This document shows positions 1 to 12,919 of a stretch of 64,000 nt of DNA, in pieces. The stretch's first letter is position 1; each line of letters starts with the position of its first letter. The translations under genes were made by a program, and so were the position numbers. This stretch comes from Mobula hypostoma. Taxonomy: Eukaryota. The notes under the pieces are model-generated. The model was not told the origin of the DNA and made no database searches. It saw nothing but the letters and a program-made list of their open reading frames with translations. The stretch covers positions 233,494,001 through 233,558,000 of the forward strand of contig NC_086097.1 in the NCBI RefSeq assembly GCF_963921235.1, written 5' to 3'.

Positions 1-935
1 ACTTTCAATGAACATAACATGCTCATACCCTTTTCAATATTACACTCAGTGCCCAGTTTGGAAAGAACTGCCATCCAGAGCACTTAGACAACTGAATACA
101 ACCGATCTCCTACATTTTACTAGTTAATCACCATATCCACAAGATAATTCAGGGTGTCAGTTTGCTTCAGTTCCTTAATGAATCTGTGAATTTATAAAAT
201 CACTTCTGTGGCACAGTAGTAAATACATTTCAAAGCTAATGCATTATTTACTGCAATGCACTTTGGGTCTGCAGTTATAAAAGCAAAGCTAGGAATAGAG
301 GGTTCTTCTTTTTCTTTCAGATGGGTTGTTTCTGACAGTTGCTCATGGCAATGGCGTTGAGGATATGTATGGTTTATTTTACTATATCAGTATATATTCA
401 GCACATATACTGAATATAATGAGTATGCCTAAGCCTTTTGGACAGTACTATCTGTACGTATACACACCTAAGACTTTTGTACAACACTGCAATGTGATGT
501 AATCTAAAATGTGCTTAAAGTTCAATGCACGAAGAGTGAATCTCTAACTCACAGTAGTGCCTTCAGCCTAGTCTTTATGCCTACAGCACACCTAAATGGC
601 ATATTGTATTGACTGTGCAAGACATCCTTAATTTGTCCGAAATATTATAATTCCTGTTCTGAACCATTGAGATTTTTTCTGTGGGCTTTTTCTGACTAAA
701 AGTGGTTTGGCCTTTTGCAGACCAACCTGCCGTTTCAAGTAGAAGGGTAAACTTGATGTTCTAATATCAATAGAGAATTTAGTTTAATTGTGCAATTTCA
801 ATTATATGACCATGGAAGTGATTTGAACCTACAAAGCTATTTGTGACAGTTAGGCTAGTTTTCATCGCAAGTCGCTGCCTGCATCTGCAGCACTTCTCTT
901 TGCAAAGTCAAAGCTGATTTTAAACAGGGTAGACT

Positions 936-1454
936 TACATTCACTGGCCACTTCATTAGATTCACCTGCACACCTGCTTATTAATGCAAATATCATGTGA
1001 CAGCAACTCAATGCATAAAAGCATGCAGACATGATCAAGAGGCTCAGCTGTTGTTCAGACCAAACATCGGAATGGGGAACAAATCTGATCTAAGTGACTT
1101 CGCCCATGGAACAATTGTTGGCACCAGATGGGGTGCTTTGAGTATCTTAGAAACTGCTGATCTTCTAAAATGTTCACATACAACAGTCCCTATAATTTAC
1201 AGAAAATGGTGCGAGATATAAAAAAAAATCATCCACTGGGTGGTAGTTCTGTGAGTAAAAATGCCTTGTAAACGAGAGAGGTCAGACTGGTTCAATCATG
1301 CATTAAAACAGCAGTGTGCTCAAGAGCATCTCGCAATGTACAACACGTTGAGCCTTGAAGTGGATGGGCTACAACAGCAGAGAACCATGAACATACGCTC
1401 AGTGGCCATTTTAATGGGTACAGGGTGTACCTAATAAAGTGGCCACAGAGTGTG
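936..1454 (+). mobile_element. Non-autonomous Tc1/mariner-like element with terminal inverted repeats
   Basis: Left end TACATTCACTGGCCACTTCATTAG is an imperfect inverted match of right end CTAATAAAGTGGCCACAGAGTGTG. Internal remnant MGNKSDLSDFAHGTIVGTRWGALSILETADLL resembles a Tc1 N-terminal HTH. Confidence 0.8.
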
Positions 1455-1597
1455 TTTTTAGTGGACTTAGCTTGCTATGACATTTGGGTCCTTGCTGAGG
1501 CGCAACTTGAATGAACTGCGTGGTTGACACAAACTGAGTGCAAGAGTCAGTAAATAAGCTGGCATACTACCTGAACAGGTACCACAGCTGTGGGCTA

Positions 1598-2890
1598 ACT
1601 GCATTTTCAACCTGTCACTGCTACGAGTGGAAGTTTCCACTTGCTTCAAAAGGGCAACAATTATACCAGTGCCTAAGAAGAATAATATGAGCTGCCTTAA
1701 TGACTATCACCCAGTCGCACTCACCTCAACAGAGATGAAATATTTTGAGAGGTTGGTCATGACTAGACTGAACTCCTGCCTCAGCAAAGTCCTGGACCCA
1801 TTGCAATTTGCCTGTCACCACAATAGGTCAATGTCAGACGTAATCTTAATGGCTCTGCACACAGCCATAGACCACTCGGACCTTACAAACACCTATGTTG
1901 GGATGCTGTTCATTAACTATAGCTCAGCATTTAACACCGTCTTCCCACAATCCTAATTGATAAGTTACAGAAGCTGGGCCTCTGAACCTCCCCCTGCAAT
2001 TGAACCCCCAACTTCCTAACCGGAAGACCACAATCAGTGTGGATTTATGCTAACATCTCCTCACTGACGATCAGCACTGGTGTACCTCAGGGGTATGTGC
2101 TTAGCCCACTGCTGTACTCGCTCTATACCCACGACAGCATGGCTAGGCATAGCTCAAATACCATCTATAAAGTTGCTGATGATACAACCATTGTTGGTCG
2201 AATCTCAGCTGGTGACGAGAGGGTGTACTGGAGTGAGATATGCCAACTAGTGGAGAGGTGCCACAGCAGCAACAACCTGGCACTCAATGTCAGTAAGATG
2301 AAAGAGCTGATTGTGGACTTTAGGAAAGGTAAGATGAAGGAACACATACCAAACCTCAATGAGGGATCAGAAGTGGAGAGAGTGAGCAGCTTTAAGTTCC
2401 TGGGTGTCAAGATCTCTGAGGCCCTAACTTGGTCCCAACATATCGATGCAGTTATAAAAAAGGCAAGACAGTGGCTCTACTTTATTAGGTTTTTGAAGAG
2501 ATTTGGTATGCCAACAAAAATATTCAAAAACTTCTATAGGTGTACTGTAGGGAGCATTCTGACAGGCTGCATCACTGTCTAATATAGGAAGGCTACTGCA
2601 CGGGACTGAAAAAAGCTGCAGAGGATTGCAAATTTGGGTACTAGTCTACAAAGTACCCAGGACATCTTTGGGGAACAGTGTCTCATAAAGGCAGCATCCA
2701 TGATTAAGGACCCCCAGAACCCAGCATGCCCTGTTGTCAAAGTTACCATCAGGAAGGAGGACAGAAGCCTGAAGGCACACAGTCAGTAATTCAGGAACAG
2801 CTTCTTCCCCTCTGCTACCTCACTTTTTTACTATATATTATTTCTATTTTTGCATGATTTTTAATCTATTTATTATATGTATACTGAAAT

Positions 2891-2938
<48 letters not shown>

Positions 2939-3135
2939 TTATTTATTTATTTATTTATTTTTCTTCTTCTTCTTCTTCTTCTTCTTCTTCTTCTTCTTCT
3001 TCTTCTTCTTCTTCTTCTTCTTCTTCTTCTTCTTCTTCTTCTTCTTCTTCTTCATTATGGGCTGCTGCAGCTAAGTTAACAAATTTCACGACACATGCCG
3101 GTGATAATAAACCTGCTTCTGATTCTGATTCTGAT
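1598..3135 (+). mobile_element. 5'-truncated, degenerate Rex1/Babar-like non-LTR retrotransposon (RT to 3' end)
   Basis: ORFs 1627-1956 (TCFKRATIIPVPKK..LNDYHPVALTS) and 2037-2582 (GVPQGYVLSPLLYSLYT..KVADDTTIVG). Ends in AATAAA followed by a (GATTCT)n tail. Confidence 0.85.
2892..3053. repeat. Compound microsatellite (TATC)n-(TATT)n-(TTC)~31 in the LINE 3' UTR
   Basis: Directly visible. It explains the poly-S, poly-F and poly-E ORFs. Confidence 0.98.
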
Positions 3136-4037
3136 ATCAGAATCTCTGTCCCATTTTTGGGAAATACACGTATGACCACCTCAGTCCTTAGCACTTTGAT
3201 TCATAGATTGTTTTCATTTGTGACAATTGCTCCCAATGAGAGTTTCCTGAATTAGATTATTAGTTATGACAATCCAAGAGAAAGAATATGAACTATGACA
3301 GCCAGTATAAAGATGTGGCTTTTATACTTACGGTTCCTCTGACTCCCAGCAGGTTGGGCTTTGCAACTACCTGATTTGCCACTCAAACACCACAACAGAG
3401 TTTGAATGCCGCAACACACAGAGAATATAATCATTTACCAAAATCTCATAGCATATAATTAGTCTCCTTGGACAATTTAATCTTCTTCCCAGATGTTTGA
3501 GTTAGTAATATTTCTTGATTTCCTATCACGCAAAACTCAAGACATTTAACAAGAAAAACTACCCACTATCCACTGTGCAAATCTGATTTTGTTTTTTTTT
3601 CATTTTTTTCCAAATCTACCGTATCTTTTGGAAATTTCAGAAATACACTGCTAATTTTGTTTGGATCAGAATATAAATAGTTGTTAGGATCCACTATTTG
3701 GTCTGTGTGTATGGTTGAAAAGACAATGGTATGAAGTTCCCATCTGTGGGATTATTTTTAAGTACCTTAAAAACAGTGTTGCTTCAACCACTCATTCTCT
3801 AGACTCGTCTGAATTAAATTGCCCATTCACATCATTTAGTGCTGTATTAACGACACTTCTGTGATATGGAGCTGAGCCCACCAGCAATATTGTTGACTTT
3901 TCCAAAGTAATTTAATTTACAAGTCTAATACAGCTCATGTCATTCAGCATCAGATTAAAACTTGCTTTGTTGCCATTCCCTACTATTATCTGGTTGTGTT
4001 TGTTCGTTCGTAAAAAAACTCAGTTTGAAATCAAAAG

Positions 4038-4100
4038 CCACACACATCAAAGTTGCTGGTGAACGCAGCAGGCCAAGCAGCATCTGTAGGAAGAGGTGTT
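4038..4100 (-). mobile_element. Short Penelope terminal-repeat fragment
   Basis: CACACACATCAAAGTTGCTGGTGAACGCAGCAGGCCAAGCAGCATC matches the reverse complement of the tail at 28280-28330. Confidence 0.7.
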
Positions 4101-4170
4101 GAAATCAAGACTGTAGTTTTGAAATGCATGAAACGTTTTCCCCTTTAGTTTTATAGCAATGTAAAGGGGA

Positions 4171-6510
4171 ACAAGGTGCTTGAAAAAGTATTCACTTCCA
4201 CAACTATTTTCATATTTTACTGCCTCATTTTCTAAATTTAAAATATATTAACATAGGATTTTGAGCTCATCTAAAATAATATTGTGCATCACGTCAAATC
4301 AAACAAAAATTCCAAAACTTGTCAACAATTTACTAAGAATTAAAAAACAAAATAATGAGGGTGTAAAAGTATATACTACGCTAACATTCATCAGGTACAA
4401 TACTATATATTACCTTACCAATTCACCAAATTTGTTGATGTAGAAAATTGGAAGATAATCTGTTTTCAATAAATTTGTAAGAATAAATACCTGCTATCTC
4501 TCTGTAAGGACCAATGGAATGGTAGATTTTCAATAGACCAAACCAAAATGAAGACAAAAGAGCATTCAGGACAAGTCAAGGAAATGATAATAGAGAAGCA
4601 CAAATCTGGGGAAGGCTGCAAGACCGTCTCTAGGTGCTGAACATACCTCAGAGTTCAGTGCAGTCCATCCTGGAAAAGTGATAAAAAAACAAAACCATAA
4701 CCACACTGCCTAGGTCAGGTCACCCCTCTAAACCAAGTTGCTGGAGAAGAATGGTACTTGTAAGAGAGGCTACGATCACTCTGAGTGAGCTGCAGAAGTC
4801 TATGGCTGTAACTGGAGATGAAGTTCATGTCTCCACAATCTCTGAGGCCTTGCCCAAAAAGAATATTTATGGAACAGTGGTAAGAAAAAGCTTTGACTGA
4901 AAAAACAGCGTATCCTTGCCCTTAAAGGCTTTATGAAGTGTCACATCGAAAATACTGGAAAGATGTGGAAGAAGGTCTTACAGTCAAATGAGACTGAAGT
5001 GAAACTTTTTAGCCTCAACACTAAACGGTTTTTGTGGTGTAAATCTAACACTGCACAACAGCCAGGTAACACCATCCCTACTGTAAGGTATGGTAGAGGT
5101 AGTATCATGCTGTGGGGATGCTTTTGAGCTGCAGGGACTGGAAATCTGGTCAGGATTGATAGGAAGATGAACGCTGCTAAATTCAGTGAGATCCTGGATT
5201 AAAAACCTGCTTGCCTCTGCCAGAAAGCTTAAACTGGGGGAGCAAGTTCATCCTTCAGCAGGACAAGAAACCAAAGCACACTTCCACAGCAACCATGGTG
5301 TGCCTTCAAATAAAGAGAATTGATCTGCTTGAGTGGTCCAGTCAGTGTCCTGACCTTAACCTATCAAATACCACTGGTAAGACCTCAAGATTGCCGTCCA
5401 CCTCAGCTCCCCAACTAGCCTGGCACAGTTTGGGCAATTTTGCACAGAAGAATAGGAAATTCTTGCTCCATGAAGCTGTGCAATGCAAATAGAGACTTAT
5501 CCAAAAAGATTACCCGATGATAATTGACAAGGTACCCCATGCAAGGCTTTGTGAGAAAGTAAGGAGGCTTGGAATCCAAGGAGAGCATGGAGGATCTGAA
5601 GGATCTTGGGGTCCGAGTCCTTAGGACACTCAAAGCTACTGCACAGGTTGACCATGTGGTTAAGAAAGCATATAGTGTATTGGCCTTCATCAACCGTGGG
5701 ATTGATTTCAAGAGCCGAGAGGTAATGTTACAGCTATAAAGGACCCCACTTGGAGTACTGTGTTCGTTTCTGGTCACCTCACTATAGGAAGGATGTGGAA
5801 ACCATAGAAAGGGTGCAGAGGAGATTCACAAGGATGTTGTTTGGATTGGGGAGCATGCCTTTTGAGAATAGGTTGAGTGAACTTGGCCTTTTCCTCTTGC
5901 AGCAATGGAGGATGAGAGGTAACCTGACAGAGGTGCATAAGATGATGAGAGACATTGATCACGTGAATAGTCAGAGGCCTTTTCCCAGGGCTGAAATGGC
6001 TAACAAGAGGTAAGGTGATTGGAAGCAGGTACAGAGGCAATGTCAGGGGTAAGTTTTTACGCAGAGAGTGGTGAGTGTGGAATGGGCCGATGGTGACGGT
6101 GGTGGAGGTGGATATGATAGGGTTTTTAAGAGACTCTTGGAGCTCAGAAAAATAGAGGGCTATGGGTAACCCTAGGCAATTTCTAAAGTAAGTACATGTT
6201 TGGCACAGCTTTGTGTCAAAGGGCCTGTATCATGTTGTAGGTTTTCTATGTTTCTATTACTGACCGTAAAAGCTGAGAGAGGTGGTTCAACTAAGCACTG
6301 AGCAAAGGGAGATGAATGCCTTTGAATGGTTGATATTTCAGTTGTTTAATTTTTAGTGTTTCATGCTTTACAATTTTCACTGTTATTTAAGGAGCGTGTG
6401 ATTCACAAATAAAAGTTCTCAGTTAAATTGATCAAAATCCCTGGTTATAATACACATTTACAATATGTGAAGAAAGGGTTGGGGACTGAATACTTTTACA
6501 GAGTACTGTA
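4171..6510 (+). mobile_element. Degenerate Tc1 DNA transposon interrupted by a CR1 fragment
   Basis: Imperfect TIRs (AAAAGTATTCA near 4183, TGAATACTTTT near 6487). Transposase remnants: MKTKEHSGQVKEMIIEKHKSG (4548), [47 protein letters not shown]-terminus KRLLTVKAERGGSTKH*. Many stops and frameshifts. Confidence 0.9.
5514..6255 (+). mobile_element. CR1 LINE 3' fragment inserted in the Tc1 transposase
   Basis: LEYCVRFWSPHYRKDVETIERVQRRFTRM; (ATGTTTCT) tail; ATTAC on both sides (5509-5513 and 6256-6260). Confidence 0.9.
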
Positions 6511-6699
6511 AGTGGTCAGGAAACAATCCAGTGATAAAATAGAGTCACAAAATGGCAGCTAAAAAAAATAAAACCTAATGAATAAAGAAAAATTGAACTG
6601 CTGATATAGCAATGTCAATAAATCCAGCTTTTCAGTGGACAATGGGAGGCAAGAATCCATACAGGAAGTCTGGAACAAAGTTACATATAAAAAGAAAGC

Positions 6700-7481
6700 T
6701 TTGGTAGGACTAATCAAAATAGGACATACATGGTAAATGGTAGGGCATTGAAGAATGCAGTAGAATAGAGTGATCCAGGAATAATGGTGCATAGTTCCCT
6801 GAAGGTGGAATCTCATGTGGATAGGGCGGTGAAGAAAGCTTTTGATATGCTGGCCTTTATAAATCAGAGCATTGAGTATAGGAGTTGGGATGTAATGCTG
6901 AATTTGTATAAGGCATTGGTAAGGTCAAATTTGGAGTATTGTGTACAGTTCTGGTCACCGAATTATAGGAAAGATGTCAATAAAGTTGAGAGAGTACAGA
7001 GGAGATTTACTAAAATGTTGCCTGGGTTTCATCTCCTAAGTTACAGAGAAAGGTTGAACAAGTTAGGTCTCTATTCTTTGGAGCGTAGAAGGTTGAGGGG
7101 AGACTTGATAGAGGTGTTTAAAATTATGAGGGGGATTGATAGAGTTGACGTGGTTAGACTTTTTCCATTGAGAGCGGGGAAGATTCAAACAAGAGGGCAT
7201 GGGTTGAGAATTAGAGGACAAAAGTTTAGGGGTAACATGAGGGGGAACTTCTTTACTCAGAGAGTGGTAGCTGTGTGGAATGAGCTTCCAGCAGAAGTGG
7301 TTGAGGCAGGTTCTATGTTATCGTTTAAAGTTAAATTGGATAGATATATGGACAGGAAAGGAATAGAGGGTTATGGGCTGAGTGCAGGTCGGTGGGACTA
7401 GGTGAGAGTAGGAGTTCGGCACACCTAGAAGGGCTGAGATGGTCTGTTTCCGTGCTGTAATTGTTATATGGTTATATGGTT
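6700..7481 (+). mobile_element. CR1 LINE 3' fragment with open ORF2 C-terminus
   Basis: ORF 6784-7401 (LEYCVQFWSP..RGDLIEVFKI..FFTQRVVAVWN); (GTTATATG) tail. Confidence 0.92.
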
Positions 7482-8024
7482 CACAATTAATTATTGCAGG
7501 ATTTAACAAGAAATGAGGGGGTGGAATAGTGGTGAGGCTGTAACTGTACTAAATAGAGATAATATAATAACAGGAAATGGCTGATTTATAATCCCTATGT
7601 ATTTTACTAGATATTAGGACATACATTTTTGCCACAATAGGAGGAAATATGTCAAATTATGGATAAAATAAATAAACATAAAATAATAATTGTGGGAGTA
7701 TTTCACTACATTCACACTGAGACATATCCTAGGATGCACACCATTAGTGATGTAACCGGGGGTCTTCAGTTGTTTCGGATTTTTCAACATCAGACACTCT
7801 CACCCAGACAACCCAGCCAGCGTTGTTCAGGCCCTGGCTTGTGTCCCAGCAGCTTTGGTCCACGGGTCACAGCTCTTGACCAATAGCTATCTGGAGGTTC
7901 ACTCAGCACCCTCTGTGATGCTCCTGATGGCTCTTGTCTTTGCAGCCCTTGTTGTCTGTATGTCTGATTGTCCACCTATCTAATCATCCATCTATCTATC
8001 TCTCTATCTAATCGCTCTATACGT

Positions 8025-8270
8025 AAGAGGCAATTCCGGCCCTTTGAGACACACCATCCACTATCACCCCGATTTAATCCTTGCCTATTCACGGAACAAC
8101 CTACCAACCTCTACGTCTTTGGACTGTGGGAGGAAGCCAGAGCACCCGGAGGAAACCCATGCGGTTACGGGGAGAATGTACAGACTCCTTATAGGCAGCA
8201 GTAGGAATTGAATCCATGTCCCCTGTACTGTAAAAAGCGTTGTGCTAACCACTACACAACCATGCTACCC
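8025..8270 (-). mobile_element. V-domain type tRNA-derived SINE (HE1-like)
   Basis: Reverse complement contains GGGTTTCCTCCGGGTGCTCTGGCTTCCTCCCACAGTCCAAAGACGT, similar to the V-SINE core, with a tRNA-like 5' end (box B-like GATTCAATTCC). Confidence 0.7.
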
Positions 8271-8271
8271 A

Positions 8272-8450
8272 TGCCAAAGAGAGAGTAGGCTCTGCAGAAC
8301 GAGCAGCCAGTCAAACCTTCACACCCCACTTTATCCCGTCCACTCCTGCCCCTGCACTGCTCTAGCAGTTCCTGGTATTTGACTTTCTTATACTCAAACA
8401 CCTCCGCAATACAGTCTTCCCAGGGAACTGTCAGTTCTAACATGCTTCAA
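8272..8450 (-). mobile_element. Restriction-like endonuclease fragment of an R2-superfamily (Hero-like) non-LTR element
   Basis: ELTVPWEDCIAEVFEYKKVKYQELLEQCR..VGCEG fits the ELTVPWE..KxxKY..EVGCRG pattern of this domain. Confidence 0.7.
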
Positions 8451-8811
8451 GGTACGTGGGAAATAAAGGTAGTAAAAGTTCATTCTCAATATAGTGTGTA
8501 TGATTCCATCCCTCTCCGGACTGTTAAATCTCTGACTTGAGAAGGAACATTATTGGATTCAGTAATTGGAAATTACTCCAAGTTGACGAGAGAAAGAATC
8601 CTAGGGGAACATTTACATCTATCGTCTATCTATCTATCTAATCATCGATCTAATCATTCAATGAACATGACCATTTGTTAAATATTGAACAGCCACAATC
8701 AGTCCCACTCAATTGTGGCAGCAGTACATTGCATTACATGCATACAAAGTAGCACAAAACGAGAGAGCAAAAGTTGTGAGGTAGTGTTCATGGGTTCAAT
8801 GTCTATTCAGA

Positions 8812-9610
8812 AATTGAATTGAATTGAATTGACTTTATTTCTTACATCCTTCACATACATGAGGAGTAAGAATCTTTACATTACGTCTCCATCTAAATGT
8901 GCAATGTGCAATCATAGTAGTTTATAATAATTTATAATAAATAGAGCAGTCAATGTAATATAGAGTACACTCAAGTCAGTGTGAGTTCATCAGTCTGATG
9001 GCCTGGTGGAAGAAACTGTCCCAGAGCTTGTTGGTCCTGGCTTTTATGCTGTACTGTTTCCTGGATGGTATCAGCTGGGATAGCAGTTGCAATGGCTTGG
9101 GTCCCCAATGATCCTATGGGCCCTTTTTACACTCCTGTCTTTGTATATGTCCTGAATCATGGGAAGTTCACAACTACAGATGCGCTAGGCTGTCCGCACC
9201 ACTCTCTGCTGAGTCCTGTGATTAAGGGAGGTACAGTTCCCACTCCAGTCACTGATGCAGTCAGTCAGGATGCTCTCAATTGTGCCCCTGTAGAAAGTTC
9301 TTAGGATTTGGGGGCCCATACCAAACTTCCTCAACCGTCTGAGGTGAAAGAGGCGCTGTTGTGCTTTTTCGTCACACAGCTGGTGTGTACAGACCACGTG
9401 AGGTCCTTGGTGTTGTAGATGCCGAGGAATTTGAAGCTGTTTACCCTCTCAACCCCAGATCCATTGATGTCAATAGGGGTTAGCCTGTCTCCATTCCTCC
9501 TGTAATCCACAACCAGCTCCTTTGTTTTTGCGACATTGAGGGAGAAGTTGTTTTCTTGTCACCACTGTGTCAGGGCGATGACTTCTTCCCTGTAGGCCAC
9601 CTCTTTATTG
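8812..9610 (-). mobile_element. Rex1/Babar-like LINE 3' part nested in an older related element (flanks about 8700-8811 and 9618-9785)
   Basis: KAQQRLFHLRRLRKFGMGPQILRTFYRGTIESILT; tail seen as (AATTG)n next to TTTATT on the + strand. Confidence 0.8.
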
Positions 9611-9799
9611 TTCAAGATAAATCTGATAGCAGAGAGGAAGTATCTATTCCTGAATCAATGAGTGTGTTCCTTCAGACTCCTGTACCTCGTCCCTGATGGT
9701 AGCAATGAGAAGGGGGCATGTTCTGGGTGATGGGGGTCCTTAATGATGGATGCCACCTTTTCATGGCATTGGTCCTTGAAGATCATTTGAGTTGAGTAT

Positions 9800-10010
9800 A
9801 ATGTTCCCCTAAGGGATTGTCGATTGTTGGTTCCTCAAGCGGCTGAAGAGGCAAATCTGGGATGCACATGTTCTGGTGCAGCGTGGACATGAGAGAGCGG
9901 TGGCTGTGGCTAGAGGTTGAGACTTATGGTTGTTTGGTCTCCCTTTTGGCAGTTGCTGCTTGTTCTCAGTGGCACAGCGGAGTTCGTTCTCATATAGCGC
10001 AGATGTGTCT
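9800..10010 (-). mobile_element. RTE-like LINE 3' fragment
   Basis: Minus-strand translation CPRCTRTCASQICLFSRLR resembles the C-terminal zinc-finger motif of RTE ORFs. Confidence 0.55.
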
Positions 10011-10039
10011 AAAACAGTAGAGTACAGAATCTCTATGAG

Positions 10040-10600
10040 GTAGATGGCGAGTTCAAGAATCCATCTTATTGTACTAGGAACCAGTTAATAGTCTTTATAA
10101 CATGGGGGTAGAAACTGCCCTTGTGCCTGGTGGTATGTGCTTTCAGGCTTTTGCATTTTCTGCTCAATGGAAAATGGGAGAAGTGAGAATGTCTGGAGTG
10201 GGCGGCGTCTTTAATTATGCTGGCTATTTTACTGAGAGAGTGAAAAGTATAGGCAGAATCCATAGAGGGGAGGCTGTTTTCAATGATGTGCTAATAAACA
10301 GAATGTTGTGGTCACGTGCAGAGCATAGAACATAGAACATAGAATAGTACAGCACATTACAGGCCCTTCAGCCCACAATGTTGAGCTGACCCTTAAACCC
10401 TGCCTCCCATATTATCCCCCACCTTAAATTCCTCCATGTACCTGTCTAGTAGTCTCTCAAACTTCACTAGTGTAACTAAGATGTCATTATACATCCAGAC
10501 TGGATGCTTTCTACAGTGCATTGAAAAAATTGGTAAAGGTCGGTGGGTCAATGGTCAATAGACTTTTGAGGAAGTAGAGGTGTGAAGTAGAAAGAATAGT
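10040..10600 (-). mobile_element. Degenerate Rex1/Babar-like fragment carrying a short CR1 3'-end insertion (10324-10475)
   Basis: KIASIIKDAAHSRHSHFSHFP..RHKGSFYP. The (AGAACAT)n-led insert is nearly the same as 30001-30120. Confidence 0.65.
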
Positions 10601-10749
10601 GAGGAATATTTTTTAAAGATGAAGAGTGATGTCTGACAAAACATATCCAATTAAATATCAAGAACAACTCTCCAGCAACGGCACTACCTGGGTGAAAAAA
10701 GAAATCAGTGAAAATCTGGAACAAAGAAAGTCATGTACTGAATAACATA

Positions 10750-10920
10750 TGAGACCATAAGACCATAAAACCATAAGACCTAGGAGCAGAATAAGGCCAT
10801 TTGGCCCATCGAGTATGTTCCATCATTTCATTATGGCTGATTTATTATCCCTCTCAACCCCATTCTTCCACCTTCTCCCCGCTACCTTTGCACCCTTACT
10901 AATCAAGAACCTGTCAAACT
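10750..10920 (-). mobile_element. CR1 3' end
   Basis: (GACCATAA)n tail followed by GGAGCAGAATAAGGCCATTTGGCCCATCGAG, as at 36455 and 44790. Confidence 0.75.
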
Positions 10921-12919
10921 GTCAGGACAATGACCAAATGATTTATGAAAAATAAATCAGGAAAATGTCATAGGAGCAATTTGGAAAACAAAGTGAAAAA
11001 ATGAAAATGATTCTGATGGGATATAAAAGTAACACGCTGACATATGAAAAAATATCAGAAAATGCTGGCAATTACTTGCAGAGCAAAGATCAGAGAATTC
11101 ACAAGGGAATTGAAGTGAAACATGAATTCTGTTCCTCCCTCCACTGGAGTACTTGCCAAACATTCGCAGGATTCATTTGTGATATCTTGCTTTTATAAAG
11201 GGTAATATACTGAAAAGACAATGCAGAAAACAACACAGTAAGCTCACAGTGAAATGGTGTCAACATTAAGTGATTACTATATCATTTAGCTTCCATACTT
11301 TCAAGGCAAACTAATGTAACCAGGTGACCATTGAATATAATTTTTATTGTTAAAGTGCACTTATGTATCCACCTTGGTAATGCTAAAATAGCTGCCTGTG
11401 TCTTTAAGAGATGTCATAATGTATGTGCAGAGTAGAAAGAAGAGTTACAAGATTCTAGAGAGAATGACGAGTGCTAGTCGTATGGTGAGAAAAGGTGAAT
11501 AGTATTTGATAATATCCATGTAAGTTCATTTATACTTGTTTTGAATTCTAGAATATCGGTAATTTGACATGCTTTACGTGTGGATGCTTTAGATTTTTGC
11601 GAGTAAGGTATCAGCACTGTATAGCAGAGTTCCTTATTAGCTTAGTAGGTTAGTCTTTCTAATAATTTAACTACAAGGCAATATATTGTAAAAGTTCTTG
11701 TAGAAATTTATTTTTGTCTTACATTGTTTCATGGCTGAATGTGAATATGATGGAGTAATATGAATATGTTAATCTCTGTTCACATAGCATGAGTGAGGAG
11801 AATTTGTTTCAGGGGAATGCCTATGCGTGTTTGGAAGTTAAGCATGTGCATGCCAAAGTGAGTATACCGCTTAATTAAGATGAGGTGTAATTATTCAGAT
11901 TTTTGATGTTGTGTATAAGGTACAGGGTTGGTGGGATTCTAATGTTGTTTGTGTTTTTTTTCAAAATTGCCACTACTGTATTGGTTTTGTATATTTTGTT
12001 TTACTTATTTTCATACTGGATACATAACTAGTGGATATGCAAGTGTGTGGACCAAAATTAAACTGAGATTGTAACAGCAGGATCTGTGTTTCTTTAATTC
12101 ATTTTGTTGTCTTTATTTTGATACCCTCTTTCTGTATTAAGACATCTAAAACAAATAAAGGAAGTAAAGACTTGAAGAAGTATTTGTTGTCCTGTGTGTG
12201 TATTCTCCCAGTTTACAAAACTAATCTGCTGAAAATGACATAGGAAGATTTTCTTTAAACAAGTTATGGAGGGGGAGGTTCAATGGTTTAAGGGTGCAAT
12301 TTAAAATCAGAGAATGGAATCTGAAATTCTTGTTCTTCGCAGACATCCGCAAAGTTGAAAAAAACACAAAGGATGAATGACAGAAACACCAGAACACCAA
12401 AGCCCCCTCCCACCCCCACATACAAGCTGCAGCAAAAGCATCTACCCCTCCCTGCCCTTGCTCCAGCAAAGCACTGACTCTCCCTCCCCCCCACCATGCG
12501 AGCATGCCAAAACCCACAAAGAGACCACGATCTTGAGTGCATCAAAAAACTGCTGTTCACTCCAACACTTTGACATCTCAGACAGTCTCTCTCTCACTAG
12601 TGAGGGAGAGAGAGAGATATATCACTCCTGCAACAAATGAAAGCGGGTGAGAAACCAATTAACCTTTAAAGATCAGGATTGATTACATTTGCAGGAGTTA
12701 AAATTGTTAAGGAGATGGTAAATGGATACATTATTACGTAGATCAAAACCCATCAGAAATGAGAGTACTAGCAAAAATCAAACAGCTAGTATCAGTTAAA
12801 CTTTAAAAAATTGCAAAAATACACTCCAGAGAAACAAACATCACCTAGCTTGAACCTCAGTGGTATGAAAGATTGAGGCCGAGATCTTACTCTTAACATC
12901 AGCAAAAATGCTGGCACAT

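Noticed and set aside
321..746. Plus-strand micro-exons (321-366 and 721-746) with AG/GT borders
   Set aside because: Joining them gives a stop codon, no protein is recognisable, and the strand conflicts with the better candidate at 27569.
2854..3255. Poly-Ser, poly-Phe and poly-Glu ORFs
   Set aside because: Translations of the (TTC)n and (TATC)n microsatellites.
11316..12160. Possible solo LTR
   Set aside because: T/G-skewed and LTR-like in feel, but I found no clear termini, TSD or second copy.
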